Source: Cetorhinus maximus (taxonomy: Eukaryota). From it: a stretch of DNA of 64,000 nucleotides. Below the pieces are notes generated by a model. It saw only the letters and a program-made list of their open reading frames with translations, did no database searches and had not been told where the DNA came from. Shown one piece after another: positions 25,380 through 39,579 of this stretch (within the stretch, counting starts at the first letter, position 1; the number at the start of each line of letters is the position of its first letter). The stretch lies in assembly GCF_964194155.1 (NCBI RefSeq), contig NC_135900.1, forward strand, positions 71,238,001 through 71,302,000. Reading direction: 5' to 3'. The position numbers and the translations under genes were made by a program.

Positions 25380-26377
25380 CCTTGTTGTGTACACATTGGT
25401 TATTTAGAAGTGACTTACTTTAAAAATAGTTCACTGACTTTATTACCCTTTTGGATGTAGTGCGAAAATGTAAGGTAATAAACACATTCTTTTTCCTTAC
25501 AAATGAGTACATCCGCTTAACTCATTATGAGCAATGCCATAGGCAAGCTGCAAATATTGTTGTAAAAAAGTGCATTTATTCAAGTTTCCCACATTATATT
25601 CTGGCATCCCATTTTGTTGCTCATCACATGTCATGCTCCTAAATATGCCAACTAATGAAACCCCAATGTAAGGGAAATAGACAAACATTTCGTGATTTAT
25701 TTTTTTGGGCTTAACATAGTCTTCTTCAGAATGCACATGTGAAGCCAGTGATACCACCAATTGTGCCAATCCACTGAGACCCATTTCCTCCAGGACACAC
25801 ACAATTTCATATTTTGATACACTAGTGTTTAATTTTTATAATAATTCCTCCTAATGTTTTAATGGTCACACATTCCATTTTATGACTGTTATTCAAATGA
25901 ATTTTTATAATCAAGCTACTTTAAACTGATTCTACTTTCAACCTGTTAATGTTGAGGCCGAATTTGTAATCAATTAATCCAAATTTTAAAATTAAGTTCC
26001 TCACTAAAAGTTATTAACCAAATTTTATAATGACACACTGTGCATTTAAATAACATAATAACTTAAATTAATTAATATATTATGTCAACATAGGAATTTT
26101 GTAATTATACACATTTAATTAACTTCCTGCTAGTATTTAATATTTAATTAATAATAGAATGAACATTAAAAATCAATGCATTTTATAGTTCAGCATCTCT
26201 TCATTATAATTGATAATGATATTTATATCTAAATTATCTCAGGGACAAGAGATCAACTAGAATAACAGTAAAATAAAATAAAAATGGATGTTTTTATTTG
26301 TTTCTATCTATTATACTCCCTCATACCCAAAACTCTTTCAACTATTCAGCTTTTATGTGGATTTCTTGGATTAGTTT

Positions 26378-29300
26378 TCATAGAGACATAGACTCAAGAG
26401 CTTTACAGCATGGGGAGAGGCCCTTCAGCCCATCAAATCCACGCCAGTCATCAAGCCCCTATTTACTCTAATTCCATTTTCCAGCACTTGGCCTTGTATG
26501 CTATGGTGTTTCAAGTGTTCATCTAAATATTTCTTATATGTTGTGAAGGTTCCCGCCTCTACCACCCTTTCAGGCTATGAGTTCCAGATACCACCCCCCC
26601 CAACCCTCTGGGTGAAAAATGTTTTCCTCAAATCCCCTGCCTCTTACCTTAAATCCATGCCCCCTGGTTATTGACTCCTCTACTAAGGGGAAAAGTTTCT
26701 TCCTATTTATGCCCCTCAATTTTTCACACCTCAATCAGGTCCCCCCTTGGCCTTCTCTGCTCTAAGGGAAACAATCCCGGCCTATCTAGTCTCTCTTCAT
26801 AGCTGAAATGCTTCAGCCCAGGCAACATCCTGGTGAATCTTCTCTGCACCCTCTCTAGCGCAATCACATTCTTCCTATAGCGTGGCAACTAGAACAGCAC
26901 ACAGTACTCCAGATGTGGCCTAAATAACATTTTATACAGCTCCATCATAACCTCCTTGCTCTTGTATTCAATGCCTCGACTAATGAAGGCAAGCATCACA
27001 TATGCCTTCTTAACCACCTTATCTACCTGTCCTGTTGCCTTAAAGAATCTATGGACATGCACACAAAGGTGTCTCTGATCTTCTGTATTTCCTAGGGTCC
27101 TACCATTCATCGTGTGCTCACTTGCCTTGTTTGTCCTCCCAAAATGCATCACCTCTCACTTTTCAGGATTAAATTCCATTTGCCACTGTTCTGCCCATCT
27201 GACCAGCCCGTCTATATCATCCTATAGACTAAGGCTTTCCTCCGCGCTATTTGTCACACCACCAATTTTAATGTCATCTGCAAACTTACTGATCATACTT
27301 CCTATATTCACATCTAGATCATTAATGCACGCTACAAACAGCAAGGGGCCCAGCACTGAACACTGCAGTATGCCACTGGACATAGGCTTCCAGTCACAAC
27401 AACAACCTTCAGCCATCACCCTCTGCTTCCTGCCACCAAACCAATTTTGGATCCAATTTGCCAAATTGCCCTGGATTCTATGGGCTCTTACCTTCTTGAC
27501 CAGTCTCCCATGCAAGGCCTTGTCAAAAGCCTTATTGAAATCCATGCAGATCACATCAACTACATTACCCTCATCTACACACCTAGTCACCTCCTCGAAA
27601 AATTCAATCAAGTTTATTAGGCATGATCTCCCCTAACAAAGCCATGCTGACTATCCTTGATTAATTCTTGCCTCACCAAGTGGAGATTAATTCTGTCCCT
27701 CTCAATTTTTTCCAATTTCCCTACCACTGATGTTAGACTCACTGGCCTATAGTTCCCTGGTTTATCCTACTACCCTTCCTGAATAATGGTACCACATTAG
27801 CTGTCCTCCAGTCCTCTGGCACCTCTCCTGTGGCCAGAGAGGATTTGAAAATTAACGTCAGGGCCCCTGCAATCTCCTCCCTTATCTCCCACATCAGCCT
27901 TGGATACATGTCATCTGGGCCTGGGGATTTATCCACTTTTAAGCCCACTAAAACCGCTAATACCTCCTCCCTCTCAATGCTAATTTGTTCAAGTATATCT
28001 CAGTTCCCCTCCCTGATTTCTATACCTACACCGTCCTTCTCTATAGTGAAAACAGATGCAAAGTACTCATTTAAAACCTCACCTACATCTTCCGGCTCCT
28101 TGCACAGATTGCCACTTTGGCCCCTAATGGGCCCTATTCTTTCCTCTTGCCCCTAATATACTTATAAAACGCCTTTGCATTTTCCTTTATTTTACCCGCC
28201 AGTGTTTTTTCATGTCCTCTCTTCGCTCTCCTAATTTCTTTAAGTAACCCCTTGCACTTTCTATACTCCTCTAGGGCTTCTGCTGTTTTGAGCCCTCAGT
28301 ATCTACCATAAGCTTTCCTTTCTTTCCATATCCAATCCTGAACATTCCTCAGCATCCAGTGTTCTTTGGGCTTGTTGGTCCCACCCTTCACCTTTATAGG
28401 AACATGTAGGTCCTGCACTCTCACTATTTCCTTTTTGAATGACTCCGACTGCTCTGATGTAGATTTTCCTACAAGTAGCTGCTCCCAGTCCACTTTGGCC
28501 AGATCCTGTCTTATCATATTAAAATCGGCCTTCCCCCCAAATTCAAAACCTCTATTTACACTCCATCTTTGTCCTTTTCCATAACTACCTTGAATCTGAC
28601 TGAGTTATGGTCACTATCACTGAAATCCCCCCGCAACTGACACTTGTACCACTTGCCCGGCTTCCTTCCTTAAAACTAGTTCCAGCACCTCTGGCTTTCT
28701 ACATGCTGGCTTAAAAATCTCTCCTGGATACATTTTAAGAATTCCACCCCCTCTAAGCCTTTCACCCATCCCAGTTAATATTGGGGAAGTTGAAATCCCC
28801 AAACATTATTAACCTATTATTTTTACACTTCTCTGAGATTTTCCTACATTTCTGCCCTTCTATCTCTCCCTGACTGTTTGGGGGTCTATAGTACACTCCC
28901 AGCAATGTGATTGCCCCCTTTTTGTTGTTAAATTCTACCAATATGGCCTCATTTGAGGAACCTTCTAAGATATCATCTTAGTAGTAATTGACTCCTTGAT
29001 CAATATTGCGACATCACCTCCTTTTACACTCCACACCCCACCCCATCTTGCCTGAAGATTCTATATTCCAGAATATTGAGCTGCCAGTCCTGCCCCTCAC
29101 TCAACCATGTCTCTGTGATAGCAATATCTTATACCCATGTGTTAATCAACACCCTCAACTCATCTGCCTTCGTTGCAAGACTCCTTGCATTAAAACAAAC
29201 GCAATAGAGTCTTGCAACTTGACTATATACACTCTGCATTCCAGACTGACTTGGTTTTTCTTCTCTACTTGTCTGTACATCTGCCCCTACTATACTTCCA

Positions 29301-30500
29301 GTCCGTATCCCATCCCCCTGCCAAATTAGTTTAAACCCCCACCAACAGCACTAGCAAACTCCCCCGCAAGAATGTTGGTCCCGTTCCGGTTCAGGTGCAA
29401 CCCGTCGGAGTACAGGTCCCACCTTCTCCTGAAACAGACCCAGTGATCCAGGAATCTAAAGCCCTCCATCCTGCAGCAACTCTTCAGCCACGCACTCATC
29501 TGCTCTATCTGCCTATTCCTATACTCACTAGGAAGTGGCACTGGGACCAATCCAGACATTACAACCTTTGAGATCCTGCTTTTCAACCTGCTACTTAGCT
29601 CCCTAAATTCTTGTTGCAGGACCTCATCCCTCTTTCTACCTATGTCATTGGTACCAACGTGAACCATGATCTGACTGTTTGCCCTCCCCCTTCAGAATAC
29701 CCTTCAGCTGTTCACTGACATCCTTGATCCATCCTGGAGTCATGTCTGGGGCGGAGAAACATCTGTCCGGACCCCTCACTATTGAGTCTTCTATCACTAT
29801 TGTTCTTCCTCCCTTTCTCCTCTCCCCTTGTGCAGCTGGGCTCTGGCTGCATTTCCCAAAGGAACCATCACTCTCACCGTTCTCCAACACAGAAAAACTG
29901 TTCTTGAGTCAGTTGCACTCTGGGGCTTTATTGACTACCTGCCTGCCTCCCTTCTTCTGACTGGTGGTCACCCATTCCTTCTCTGACTGCACTTCTTTAA
30001 CCTGCGGGGTGATGATGTCCAAAAACATGCTATCCATGTAACTTAGCCTCGCAGATGCACTGCTATGCCTCCAGCTGACGCTCAAGATCCGAAACCCAAT
30101 GCTCAAGTTGGTCAAACTGGTGGCGCTTCCTGCAGATCTGGTCATCCAGACTGCCAGGAAAGTCAAAGACTTCCCACATTCTGCAGGCCATGCAACACAC
30201 AGGACTGAGTTCCCCTGCAATACCTTTGGTTAAAATACTCTCACCATAAATTTAAATCAAGTAGAAAATTATTTAAGTTCTTTTTTTTTTAAAACAGAGC
30301 TAGAACCTTACCTTTCCTTAATGTAGCTTTAAAGTGGAGAAAAACGCTTACCTACTGCCTACCAATCAGCTCTATGCTTTGTGCTGATGTCACTTTTGTC
30401 AGTCTTTTCAAATTCTGCTGGGGTTTCTGTTTTATCTCCCCAACTCACGCCGTCCTTTCTCCACAACTAACGCTGCTCATATTCAAATTTGTCGCGCCTC
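26378..30500 (-). mobile_element. Near full-length decayed CR1 LINE
   Basis: ORF1 VHVGTNDIG...DGLHLN (SGNH-esterase blocks); ORF2 KSPGPDDMYPR, DFNKAFDK, SKFADDIKIGG and RPHLEYCV. Confidence 0.92.
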
Positions 30501-30549
30501 ATTTTTTCTACTTCATTTACTAATATGCTAATTTATTTCTTTTAATTGA

Positions 30550-33500
30550 ACAGCTGTCATCGGCTATCCCTTGATTCGAGAATGACATCTACTCAGGCTT
30601 GCGAGTTTCTGCTTCATGTGACTGAACAGGATGATTCTTGACTCTCAGATCTTTGGCACAATGGGCAGCATGTCCGAGGTAGCGGGATCCAGAGTGTAGG
30701 ATTTGCTTCCTTTTCCTTCCATCCCTGCAGCCACTGCCTCATCATTAAGCCATTAATGTCAATGTTGCCACGCTTCATGGAGAGCTTCAGAGTATCTTTG
30801 AAACATTTTCTTTGCCCTCCCTTGGAACTTTGGCCATTTGAGTCGAGAAAGATGACCTTTTCTGGGAAACCCTTTTCAGAAATCCAGGCACAATGCCCAG
30901 CCCAACAAAGTTGACTTTGCAGTTTTGTCTAAACGCCTCTAGAACTGGATTCAAGAAAGCCACTAGTGTTTGTTTGAGGGACCTCCCATTGAATCTTGAG
31001 GATGCGGCAGAAGCATTGCTTATGGAATCTCTTTAGCGCTCTTGTATGCTGTTGCTACATAGTCCAGGTCTCAATTCAGTAAAGGAGTGTGGTGACAACA
31101 ACTGCTCTGCATACTAGGACTTCTGTTGACTTTGGAGGTCTGTTGTCGTCAAACAATCGCTGCTATAGTTGTAGAAGGCTAAGCTGAAACAGCTGACCCA
31201 GTGTTAGGTCTCTTCAATGGTGGCCTTTTGAGAGATGGCTGCCAAGGTATGGGAAGTGCTCAATATACGAGAGTCTCTCCTTCAACATATATGCGATCCT
31301 TCAACATATATTTGGCTGACCAGGTGTGGGTTGACAAATAAGTTCTGTTTTAGCAACATTCAAGGCTAGGCCAAGTTTCTTGTCTGCAGAAATGAAGAGA
31401 TTGAGAGCGGCTTGCAAATCTGGTACAGAGTGGGCAACAACACTGTAGTCATCTGCAAACTATAGATCATGTATATTTATGGTGGTCAGTTTAGTTTTGG
31501 CAAGGAGGCAACTGAGGTAAAACAGTGTTCCAACTAGATGGTATTTAATACTGACACCAAAAGGTAGATGATCTTTGATGAGGTGAATAGCCACTGTCGG
31601 GTAGATTGTAAAAAGTATGGGGGCTATCACCCAGCCTTGTTTGACCCCAGTCTGGATTTTGAAGGCACCTGTTTCAGATCTCCCACTCAAGACATTACCG
31701 ATATCATCATGAAGCAATTGCAGGGTTGTGAAGAAGTTTCTCGGACATCCAAATCTTTGAAGCACATTCCATATAGCCTCATGATTTACTGAGTCAAACA
31801 TTTTAGTCAGGTCGACGAATGCAATGAAGAATTCCTGGTGTTCTTGACATTTTTCATGCATTTGCCTGGCGACAAAGATCATATCAGAGGTTCCTCTGGA
31901 AGGTCTAAAGCCACACTGTCTCTTTTTCCTCTCAAATCCGTGAGTGCAAGGAGTCTGGTGTGAGAAAATTCCCACCAGCTTTGAAAACCTCAGCTGGAAT
32001 ACTATCGTGGTTGCAGGGTTCATTGTTTTTACATCTGCTTAATTGCGTGGTGCAGCTCTCCTATTGATGGTCATTCACTCATGGATTCTACAGTAGGGTA
32101 TGGTGGGGGAAGGTTGAGGGTGGGGGATGGGGCGGGGATAGTCTGGAAAGCATCAGCTGCCATTATGGATTCATGGTTACGGAATTTTTGCAAATGCTCT
32201 TTCTAGCATTGACAGATGGCAGTCATCCTTAAGAAGAGCAAAACCATCGGTGAGCGAAGGGGATTTTGTCCATAGATTGCTTCAAAAAAAGCTCCTAATG
32301 TCATGGTGGTCAGCATATTGTTGGATCCCTTGGACTTTCTCTTCCCGTCACTTGTCTTTTATCTTCTGTATTTGTCTTTGGGCATCACCTTGAACTTTTG
32401 GAATTCTGCCTTCTTGATTGCGATCTTGGATTGTTCTGCCAGGCAACAAAAGCTGCTCGTTTTTATTCTAGGAGGTTACAATTTCAGTATCATTTTCATA
32501 GAACCAGCCCTAGTGATGACGATGCTCAAACCCAATGGTCTGGGCACAGGAGTCCACTACAGTTGACTTTATTTCATCCCACTGTTCATTAATTAAGTTG
32601 AATGTGTGAAGATCTTCAAGATTGGTCGGAAGCTGCACTTTGAATTCCTCTATTTGCTCAGACTGCTTTAGGGCCGAGGTATTAATCTTCTTCCTTTTGG
32701 ACCTCGCGATACCTCGGTGCTAGGTGAATGTTCATCACTGATCGACCAATCTGTCCAGGAGGCATAAGTCTCCCCCATGAATGGAGTGAAACAGAGATCA
32801 TTTAGATTTTTGACCCAAACAATAACAAGATCCAGGAGGTGTAATGCTCTGACCTAGAATACCCCAATGTGGTTTTCTATTTGTCCTTCTGGCAGGAGTG
32901 GGTGTTTATTATAATGTGGCCATGCTGAACACACTTTGTCAGCAGGACGCCGCCATCTGCACTGGCTTTTCCCACATCTTTTCTCCCCCAGTGGTCCTGC
33001 TCCAGACATCGGAGTCACGGCCAACCCTGGCATTAAACTTCCCAGAAGGATCATCTTTTCTTCATTTGGGATGGCAGTGAGGACTTAATCAAGGTCAGAA
33101 TAGAACTTTTCCTTAACATCTTCATCAGAGTCAAGGGTTGGGGCACAAGCGCTGATAACAGTGACATATTGGTTACGACTGAGTTGTAGATGAAGCGTCA
33201 GAGGGGTCTTTCATTTATACAATTGGGTACATCCTCCTGCTTGTTGCTTCAGTTGCCTCTCTCCAAGAACGCAAATCTCACTGAGGGTGATAACATCAAT
33301 TTAGAGTCTTGACAGCCCACGTGGTATGATTGAAGTTCTCCCTGACGGTCACTGTTGAGATTATTCAGGAGTATTCTAACATTCCAAATTGAAAAATTTA
33401 AATTTTTTTTTCTTTGACCACAAAGATGGTAATCCCACAGGTGTGGTTCCTGAGCCTGGAGAAAGGGCAGCTTATTTTTAGGGCACCTTTTCTAGATTTC

Positions 33501-33990
33501 ACCCCATTTGGAGTAAACAGAGCAGTCACAGGTGTTGCTGCCCAAGCACACCTATGTTGGGACAGAGATGTCTAACAACTTTCATGCATTTATCCAAGTA
33601 AATTCTTGACTTTAGAATCCCAGGGTCACAGCCCTGGCCCCAGCACCAATTCTCCATCGCCGCAGTATTTGGTAAACAGACCCTGGTATAAGTCTGCACA
33701 CCTTTAACATGGGAACTTTGGGGCCCCGTCATTGTCCATACAATTTTGACAGATTGGTGATCAGGTTCCAGTGAAGTGTCAAATCACAAATACGGGGACC
33801 ATCTTGCTGCTGCAGTCTTCTACCACTTTCACAGCCGCTGAGATGCAGAGTCTTCTGTCACCTGTTTGGCCATTGAGAACTTTTTGGACCTCACTTTACC
33901 TGGCACCTCCCCCCCAACCTTGCCTTGCAAGAAACTCCAGGCGGCACCGTTCAAGGGATTGTCAGGGGGTACAAGGTGGCAATCCACGAA
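30550..33990 (-). mobile_element. Near full-length decayed RTE-clade LINE
   Basis: Endonuclease remnants (WNVR, ISACAPTLDS) and RT QCGFRPSRGTSDMIF, AFVDLTKMFDSV, TGVKQGWVIAPILF and FADD. Confidence 0.88.
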
Positions 33991-34195
33991 ATTGAACAGT
34001 AGCAAATAGCAATCACCAATTTTTTTAGAGCTTCATTAATATTTAACCATTGTATTAATTTAGAATTTAATCAATAATAATGTCAATAACTCAAACACTA
34101 TCAGATAAATTTGTAAAATATTTTCACCAAAACCTACCCCTCATTCTTTGTTACTTTACCTCGCTCTTTCATTTGGAGGCCTCCATCGCTTTGTA

Positions 34196-34334
34196 ACTCT
34201 TTCGAGTTATCAACAGATCGCATGTAACTCTTTCGAGTACATTCACAGTTCTCTGTTTCCGGGAGTGGGACATGAACCCACAACCTTCTGATTCAAAGGC
34301 GAGGGTGCTATGAACTGAGCCACAGCTGACACCT
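34196..34334 (-). mobile_element. Isolated tRNA-like SINE head with filler, flanked by a 15-bp direct repeat
   Basis: Minus strand reads GTGTCAGCTGTGGCTCAGTT...GGTTCATGTCCC (A and B boxes). CTCCATCGCTTTGTA occurs at 34181-34195 and 34335-34349. Confidence 0.75.
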
Positions 34335-34494
34335 CTCCATCGCTTTGTACCTATCCTGACCCTGCGTTCTCACTAAAAATCAAAGTTGATAATCCCCAGC
34401 TGAACTAAATACCCTAATTTACATTGGATTACTTAGAAAATACTTAGAAAAACACCATAGAAACATGTCATTTGGCCCAACTAGTCTATAATTT

Positions 34495-35160
34495 TAGATT
34501 TTTTCTAGGGATGTGAGCATCGCTGGCAAAACCAACATTTATTGCCTAACCCTAATTGCCCTTACTGGTGAACCGCCTTCTTGAAGCACTGCTGTCTGAG
34601 TGGTATAGGTACACCCACAGAGCTGTTACGAAGTGAGTTCCAGATCTTTGATCCCATAGCTGTGAAGGAACGGTGATAAAGTTCCAAGTCAGGATGTTGT
34701 GTGGTTTGGAGGGGAACTTGAAGTTGGTGGTGTTCCCATGCAACTGTTGCCCTTGTCCTAGGTGGTAGAGGTCGCAGGTTTGGAAGACATCGTCAAATGA
34801 TGCTTGGCAAACTGCTGCAGTCCATTTTAGATGGTATGCACTGCTGCCACTGCGCACCGGTGGTGGGAGTGAATGTTTAATGTGATGGATGAGGCACTTA
34901 TCAAGCAGCTGATTTGCCCTGGATGGTATTGAGCTTCTGGAGCGTTGCTGGAACTGGGCTCATCCAGGTAAGTGGAGGGTATTCCATCATGCTCCAGATT
35001 AGTGTCTTGTAGATGGTGGGCAGGCTCTGAGGAGTCAGGAATTGAGTTACTCGCCACAGAATTCCCAACCTCTGACCTGCTCTTGTAGCCACAGTATTTA
35101 TATGGCTGCTCCAGTGCAGTTTCTGATCAATAATAACCTCCAGGATGTTAATGGTGAGAG
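34495..35160 (-). mobile_element. 5'-truncated LINE (family of 59095-61992)
   Basis: INILEVIIDQKLHWSSHINTVATRAGQRLGIL...TIYKTLIWSMMEY, plus the same 3' tail. Confidence 0.85.
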
Positions 35161-36164
35161 AACATGTGAGAAGTTCCAGAAGGCTGCCAAAGTAACTTAT
35201 GAACACATTCCTTATAAATATCAACATGCTCCAAATCCATATATCCTAAAAAATAATTCTAAAATGGAAGACAATAAATAATATTATGGAGTATTGGTTC
35301 CAAGACTGATTTAAACAATATTGAACTTAGCCTATACTTAATCAGGGGCTACAGTGTAACAGAATGTATTAAAATTGTCCACAGAATAACTTGCCTGTGA
35401 ATATCTGATGATAATATCTGGAAATTCGATGATTTTTGCATGCATAGATCATGGATTGAATAAGGATCTTTCTTGTATGGGCTCAGTACCAGACTACACA
35501 GTCCAGTTATCCATAAGTCCTCATATAAAATATTACATATGCAAAATGAGGGGGATTCCAGAGGTTACCTACAGGTGCTATTGGATTGGATGGGCAAATA
35601 CTGACCTTGTCAGCGACGCCAACATCTCATGAAAGAATAAAACAAAACGTGCAACAATACTAGGCTCTAGACGAGTACAGGACTAGTCAGAGTTTACTAA
35701 GTTGAGCTGGATTTTTGTAGCTCTCTTTAATGTTATAGTAATCTCTGAGTTTCTCAGTATCAGCTAAATGGACAGATCAGAGGTGGTCCAACCTTCTGAA
35801 CCTTACAGCCACATCTGATAATCTTCAGGCATTTGAGAGCCGCAAGACACGGGCAACCTTTACAGACATATTTTACTATTGCACACACTTCTGTGAGGAA
35901 AACTTCAGCTTTTTCCTCTCTAAACTTCCATGCTTCCTTCACACAGTTCTTTCCTCTCTCATCTTCCAGGCTTCCTTCGCACACAATTCAGATCGTAGCA
36001 AAAATAAACCTGCTTCACTGATGCACATCAGAGCTAGCACATGCTTATTGCTTAACTGATTTTGGAAGCCTTGCTCTTCCGATGTGGAAACAGTCAAGAG
36101 TTAAAAAAGATTGATTTCATTTGGGAAAAAAAGATTGTAACCATCTACTGAACAACGAACTTGA

Positions 36165-38600
36165 ATCACAGTATCTCAGAATCTCAGAATTATTACAGCA
36201 CAGGGCACCATTCAGCCCATCATATCTGCAACAGCTCACCGAATTAGCAATTCGCCTAGTGCCATTTCCCCACCTATTCCCTGCAACTCTGCACATTCTT
36301 CCTTTTCAGGTAAGTCTAATTCCCTTGAGAATGCCTCAATTGAACCTGCCTCCATCATATCCTCATGCAGTGCATTCCAGACCTTATGTGTGTGCTGTGT
36401 GAAAAAGGTTTTTCATGTCATTTTTGTTTCTTTTGCCAATTACTTTAAATCTGTGCTCTCTTATTCTCGATCCTTTCACAGGTAGGAACAGTTTCACCCT
36501 ATCTACTCTGTCCAGACCCCTCATGGTTTTGAAGGCCTCTATCAAATCTCCTCTCAGCCTTCTCTTCTCCAAGGAAAACAGTCCCAACTTCATCTTCAAT
36601 CTATCTTCCTCATCCCTGAAATCATTCTCCTGATTTTTTCTGCACCTTCTCCAATGGTTTCACTTCTTACCTAAACTGTGATGCCTAGAATTGGGCATCA
36701 ATTACTACTGTTTCCTGTCACTCGGCCAATTTTGCATCCATGTTTTATTGTCTGTTTTATTCCATGAGTTATAACTGTGCTCACAAGTCTGTTGTGCACA
36801 CACTTTCAAATACCTTTTGGAAGTCCATCAACAGCATTACCCTCATCAACACACTGTTACCTCTTTAATTAACTTGGGATTTTTTTTGAAGACTATTTTC
36901 CCTTAACAAATGCTTTCCTTAATTAACCTGCATTTGTCCATGTGGCTATTAATTTCCCACCACCAAAGTTCAACTGACTGGTCTGTAGTTGCTGGGCTTA
37001 TCTTTGCACCCTATTTTGAACAAGGGTGTAACATTTGCAATTCTCCAATCCTCTGGAACCACCCGAGTCTAAGGAAGACTGAAGAATAATGGTCAGTGCC
37101 TCTGCAATTTTGACTCTCACTCCCCTCGGTATCATTGGAAGCATCTCATCCAGTCATGGTGCTTAATCACTTTTAAGCATTGGCAGCCTATTTAATACCA
37201 TCTCAACGATTTTAAATCCTTCCAGTGTATTAATTACCTCTTCTTTCACTGTGGCCTGGGTAACACCTTCTCCCTTGTTAGAGACGGATGCAAAGAATTC
37301 ATTTAACAACTCAGCTATTCCTCTGCCTCCATGTGCAAATCCCTTTTTTGGTCCCTGATCAGCCGTCGTCCTCGTCTTACCACACTTTTGTTATTTATAT
37401 GCCTATAGAAGACTTTGGGATTCGCTTTTACGTTAGCTGCCAGTCTCTTCTTATACTTCCCTTTTGCTTCTCTTACTTGCTTTTTCATTTCTCCTCTGAG
37501 CCTTCTATATTGAGCCTGGTTCTCCATTGTATTGTTCACCTGATACCTGTCAGAAGCACACTTTTTCTTCTTCATCTTACTCTCAATCTCTTTGTTCATC
37601 CAGGGAGCTCTGAATTTATTTGACCTACCTTTCTCCTTTGAGGGAATATATCTTGACTAAGCTCAAACTCTCTCTTCTATGAAGGTAGCCAAACTTTGAT
37701 TTCAACTATTTGGCCTAGATCCATTCTTACCTCAGTGAAGTTGGCTTCCTCCGCCAACCCCCACCCCCAGTTAATTATTCTTGCTCTAGCTTGTTTTTTG
37801 TCCTTTTCCATAGCTAACCTAAAGCTTACAATACAATTATCACTGTCCCCTAAATGCCCTAAACGTTCTCCTACTGATTTTTTTAAAAATTCATTCACTG
37901 GATGTGGGCTTCGCTGGCTGGGCCAGCATTTATTGTCCATCCCTAGTTGCCCTTGAGGAGGTGAGCCATTTTCCTGAACCGCTGCAGTCCATGTGGTGTA
38001 TCTGATCCACTTGGCCCATTCCCAAGAACCAGGTCCAGCAGTGCCGTCTTTTTTGTCGGACTGGAAACAGACCGTAGAAAAAATTCCTGAACACGCTTGA
38101 GGAACACTTGCCTCTCTTTGTCCTTTAAACTACTACTATCCCAATTTACATTCAGATAATTGAAGTCCCCCATTATAACCACTAATTCTTGCACCTCTCT
38201 AATTTCCTTGCAAATTTGTTCCTCTGCATCCTTTCCACTATTCGGTGGCCTATAGACCACATCAAGCAATGTAATTGCACCTTTTTTGTTCCTTAGCTGT
38301 AGCCAAGTAGATTCAGTCTTTGACCCCTCTGGGACAACCTCTCCCTCCAGCACTGCACTAATCTCCTTAAATCAAAACTGCCACTCCTTCCCCTTTCTTT
38401 CCTTTCCAATCTTTTCTGAATACCTTGTATCCAGGAATATTTAGCACACCTTTATAGCCACAACATCATATTTCCATGTCAATCTGCACCTGTAACTTAT
38501 CAACCTTATTAACCAGACTCTGTGCATTCATTTACATGCACATTAACCCTGATTTAGACTTTCTTACGTTTTCCCCTTACTCTAACCCCACCTAATAACT
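36165..38600 (-). mobile_element. Decayed CR1 ORF2 with internal deletion and a small LINE-tail insertion at about 37880-38000
   Basis: VVYRPPNSG, IMGDFNY, LLDLVLGN, NPKVFYRHIN and LGLFSLEKRRLRGDLIE. Confidence 0.85.
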
Positions 38601-39084
38601 TGCTACTTCCATGCACATATAGTAATTAACCCTTCTCCTCCATGCACACATAGTAATTAGCCCCCATCTGCCCAAACACAACAGGAAGGTAGGTAGTACA
38701 GGTATTAAAAAAGAAAAATTTAGTTTATCTGTTATTACTTGCCACAAAATGAATAACTTTGTTGTAGTAGTTTAATAGCATTAGTTAGCTCTTGCACGTT
38801 AGAAGTGAATGCATTTTTAAAGGCACAATTCCTTAATGGAGATTGTCCTAAACAATTTACACCCCTGGCATAAAGCAATGCAGTATAATAATTTGAGAAT
38901 ATAATTATTATCTGTACAAGCTGACAAAATCATAATTCCATCTTTTAAATACACAAAAAACAGTTAATGTTTTAAGCTTTGAAAGGTGCCAAGTACACGA
39001 GTATGGAAATTTTTGGACCTTGTTAACCCTGTAATTATCAAAATAAAATTAATTAATTTGTGGAACATCAGTATTTATCTATTC

Positions 39085-39300
39085 CAGGGATGGCCAAATT
39101 GCGGCTCACAATCTTCATGCGGCTGTCTGACAACAGAGTGCAGTTCATTCCTTGTGCTGTGAAACCTGTTAAATCATGCTTGGAGGGAGGCAAACATTCT
39201 TTGCAGCCTCAGCTGTGAACAGCATCACAGAAGGAGAGAACACGAGAGCAGGTAGCAACACTAGAGAGAGGGAGGAGGGTTATGGTCAGCTATTTGTTCC
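39085..39300. mobile_element. Possible hAT (Charlie-like) terminal fragment
   Basis: CAGGGATGGCCAAATTGCGGCTC...ATGCGGCT resembles hAT TIR/subterminal sequence. I did not find the opposite end. Confidence 0.4.
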
Positions 39301-39579
39301 AGCAAATCGCAAGATCTCTTTGGTTGCATTAGTTAGTTAAGGCAAAATTTACTTTTTTCTTTAGTTTGATTGATCAGTTGCCTGTTAACTATTGTTTGAT
39401 CTACTTAATTTTAACTTGTTTGTTACAGTAGACGTCTTAAAAGTGAAATCTTGTTCTTTGGTTATTTTCATTGATCATTTGGGAAACTCATCTTTTAAAA
39501 AGTTATTGGTCTCTACGTTGATCATAACACCAGCCTTTCCAGTACCTCCTGCCTCTCAATTTTCACTCCATCCATTACC

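Noticed and set aside
25139-25460. ORFs containing X runs
   Set aside because: They are artefacts of the N gap.
25380-26375. Very AT-rich stretch with recurring TTTTATAAT-like words and a 101-aa ORF
   Set aside because: There is no periodicity or recognisable protein motif, and such words are expected at this AT content.
38608-38665. About 32-bp imperfect tandem duplication CCATGCACA(T/C)ATAGTAATTA
   Set aside because: There are only two copies at a CR1 edge. It is a local duplication, not an array or a CRISPR-like structure.
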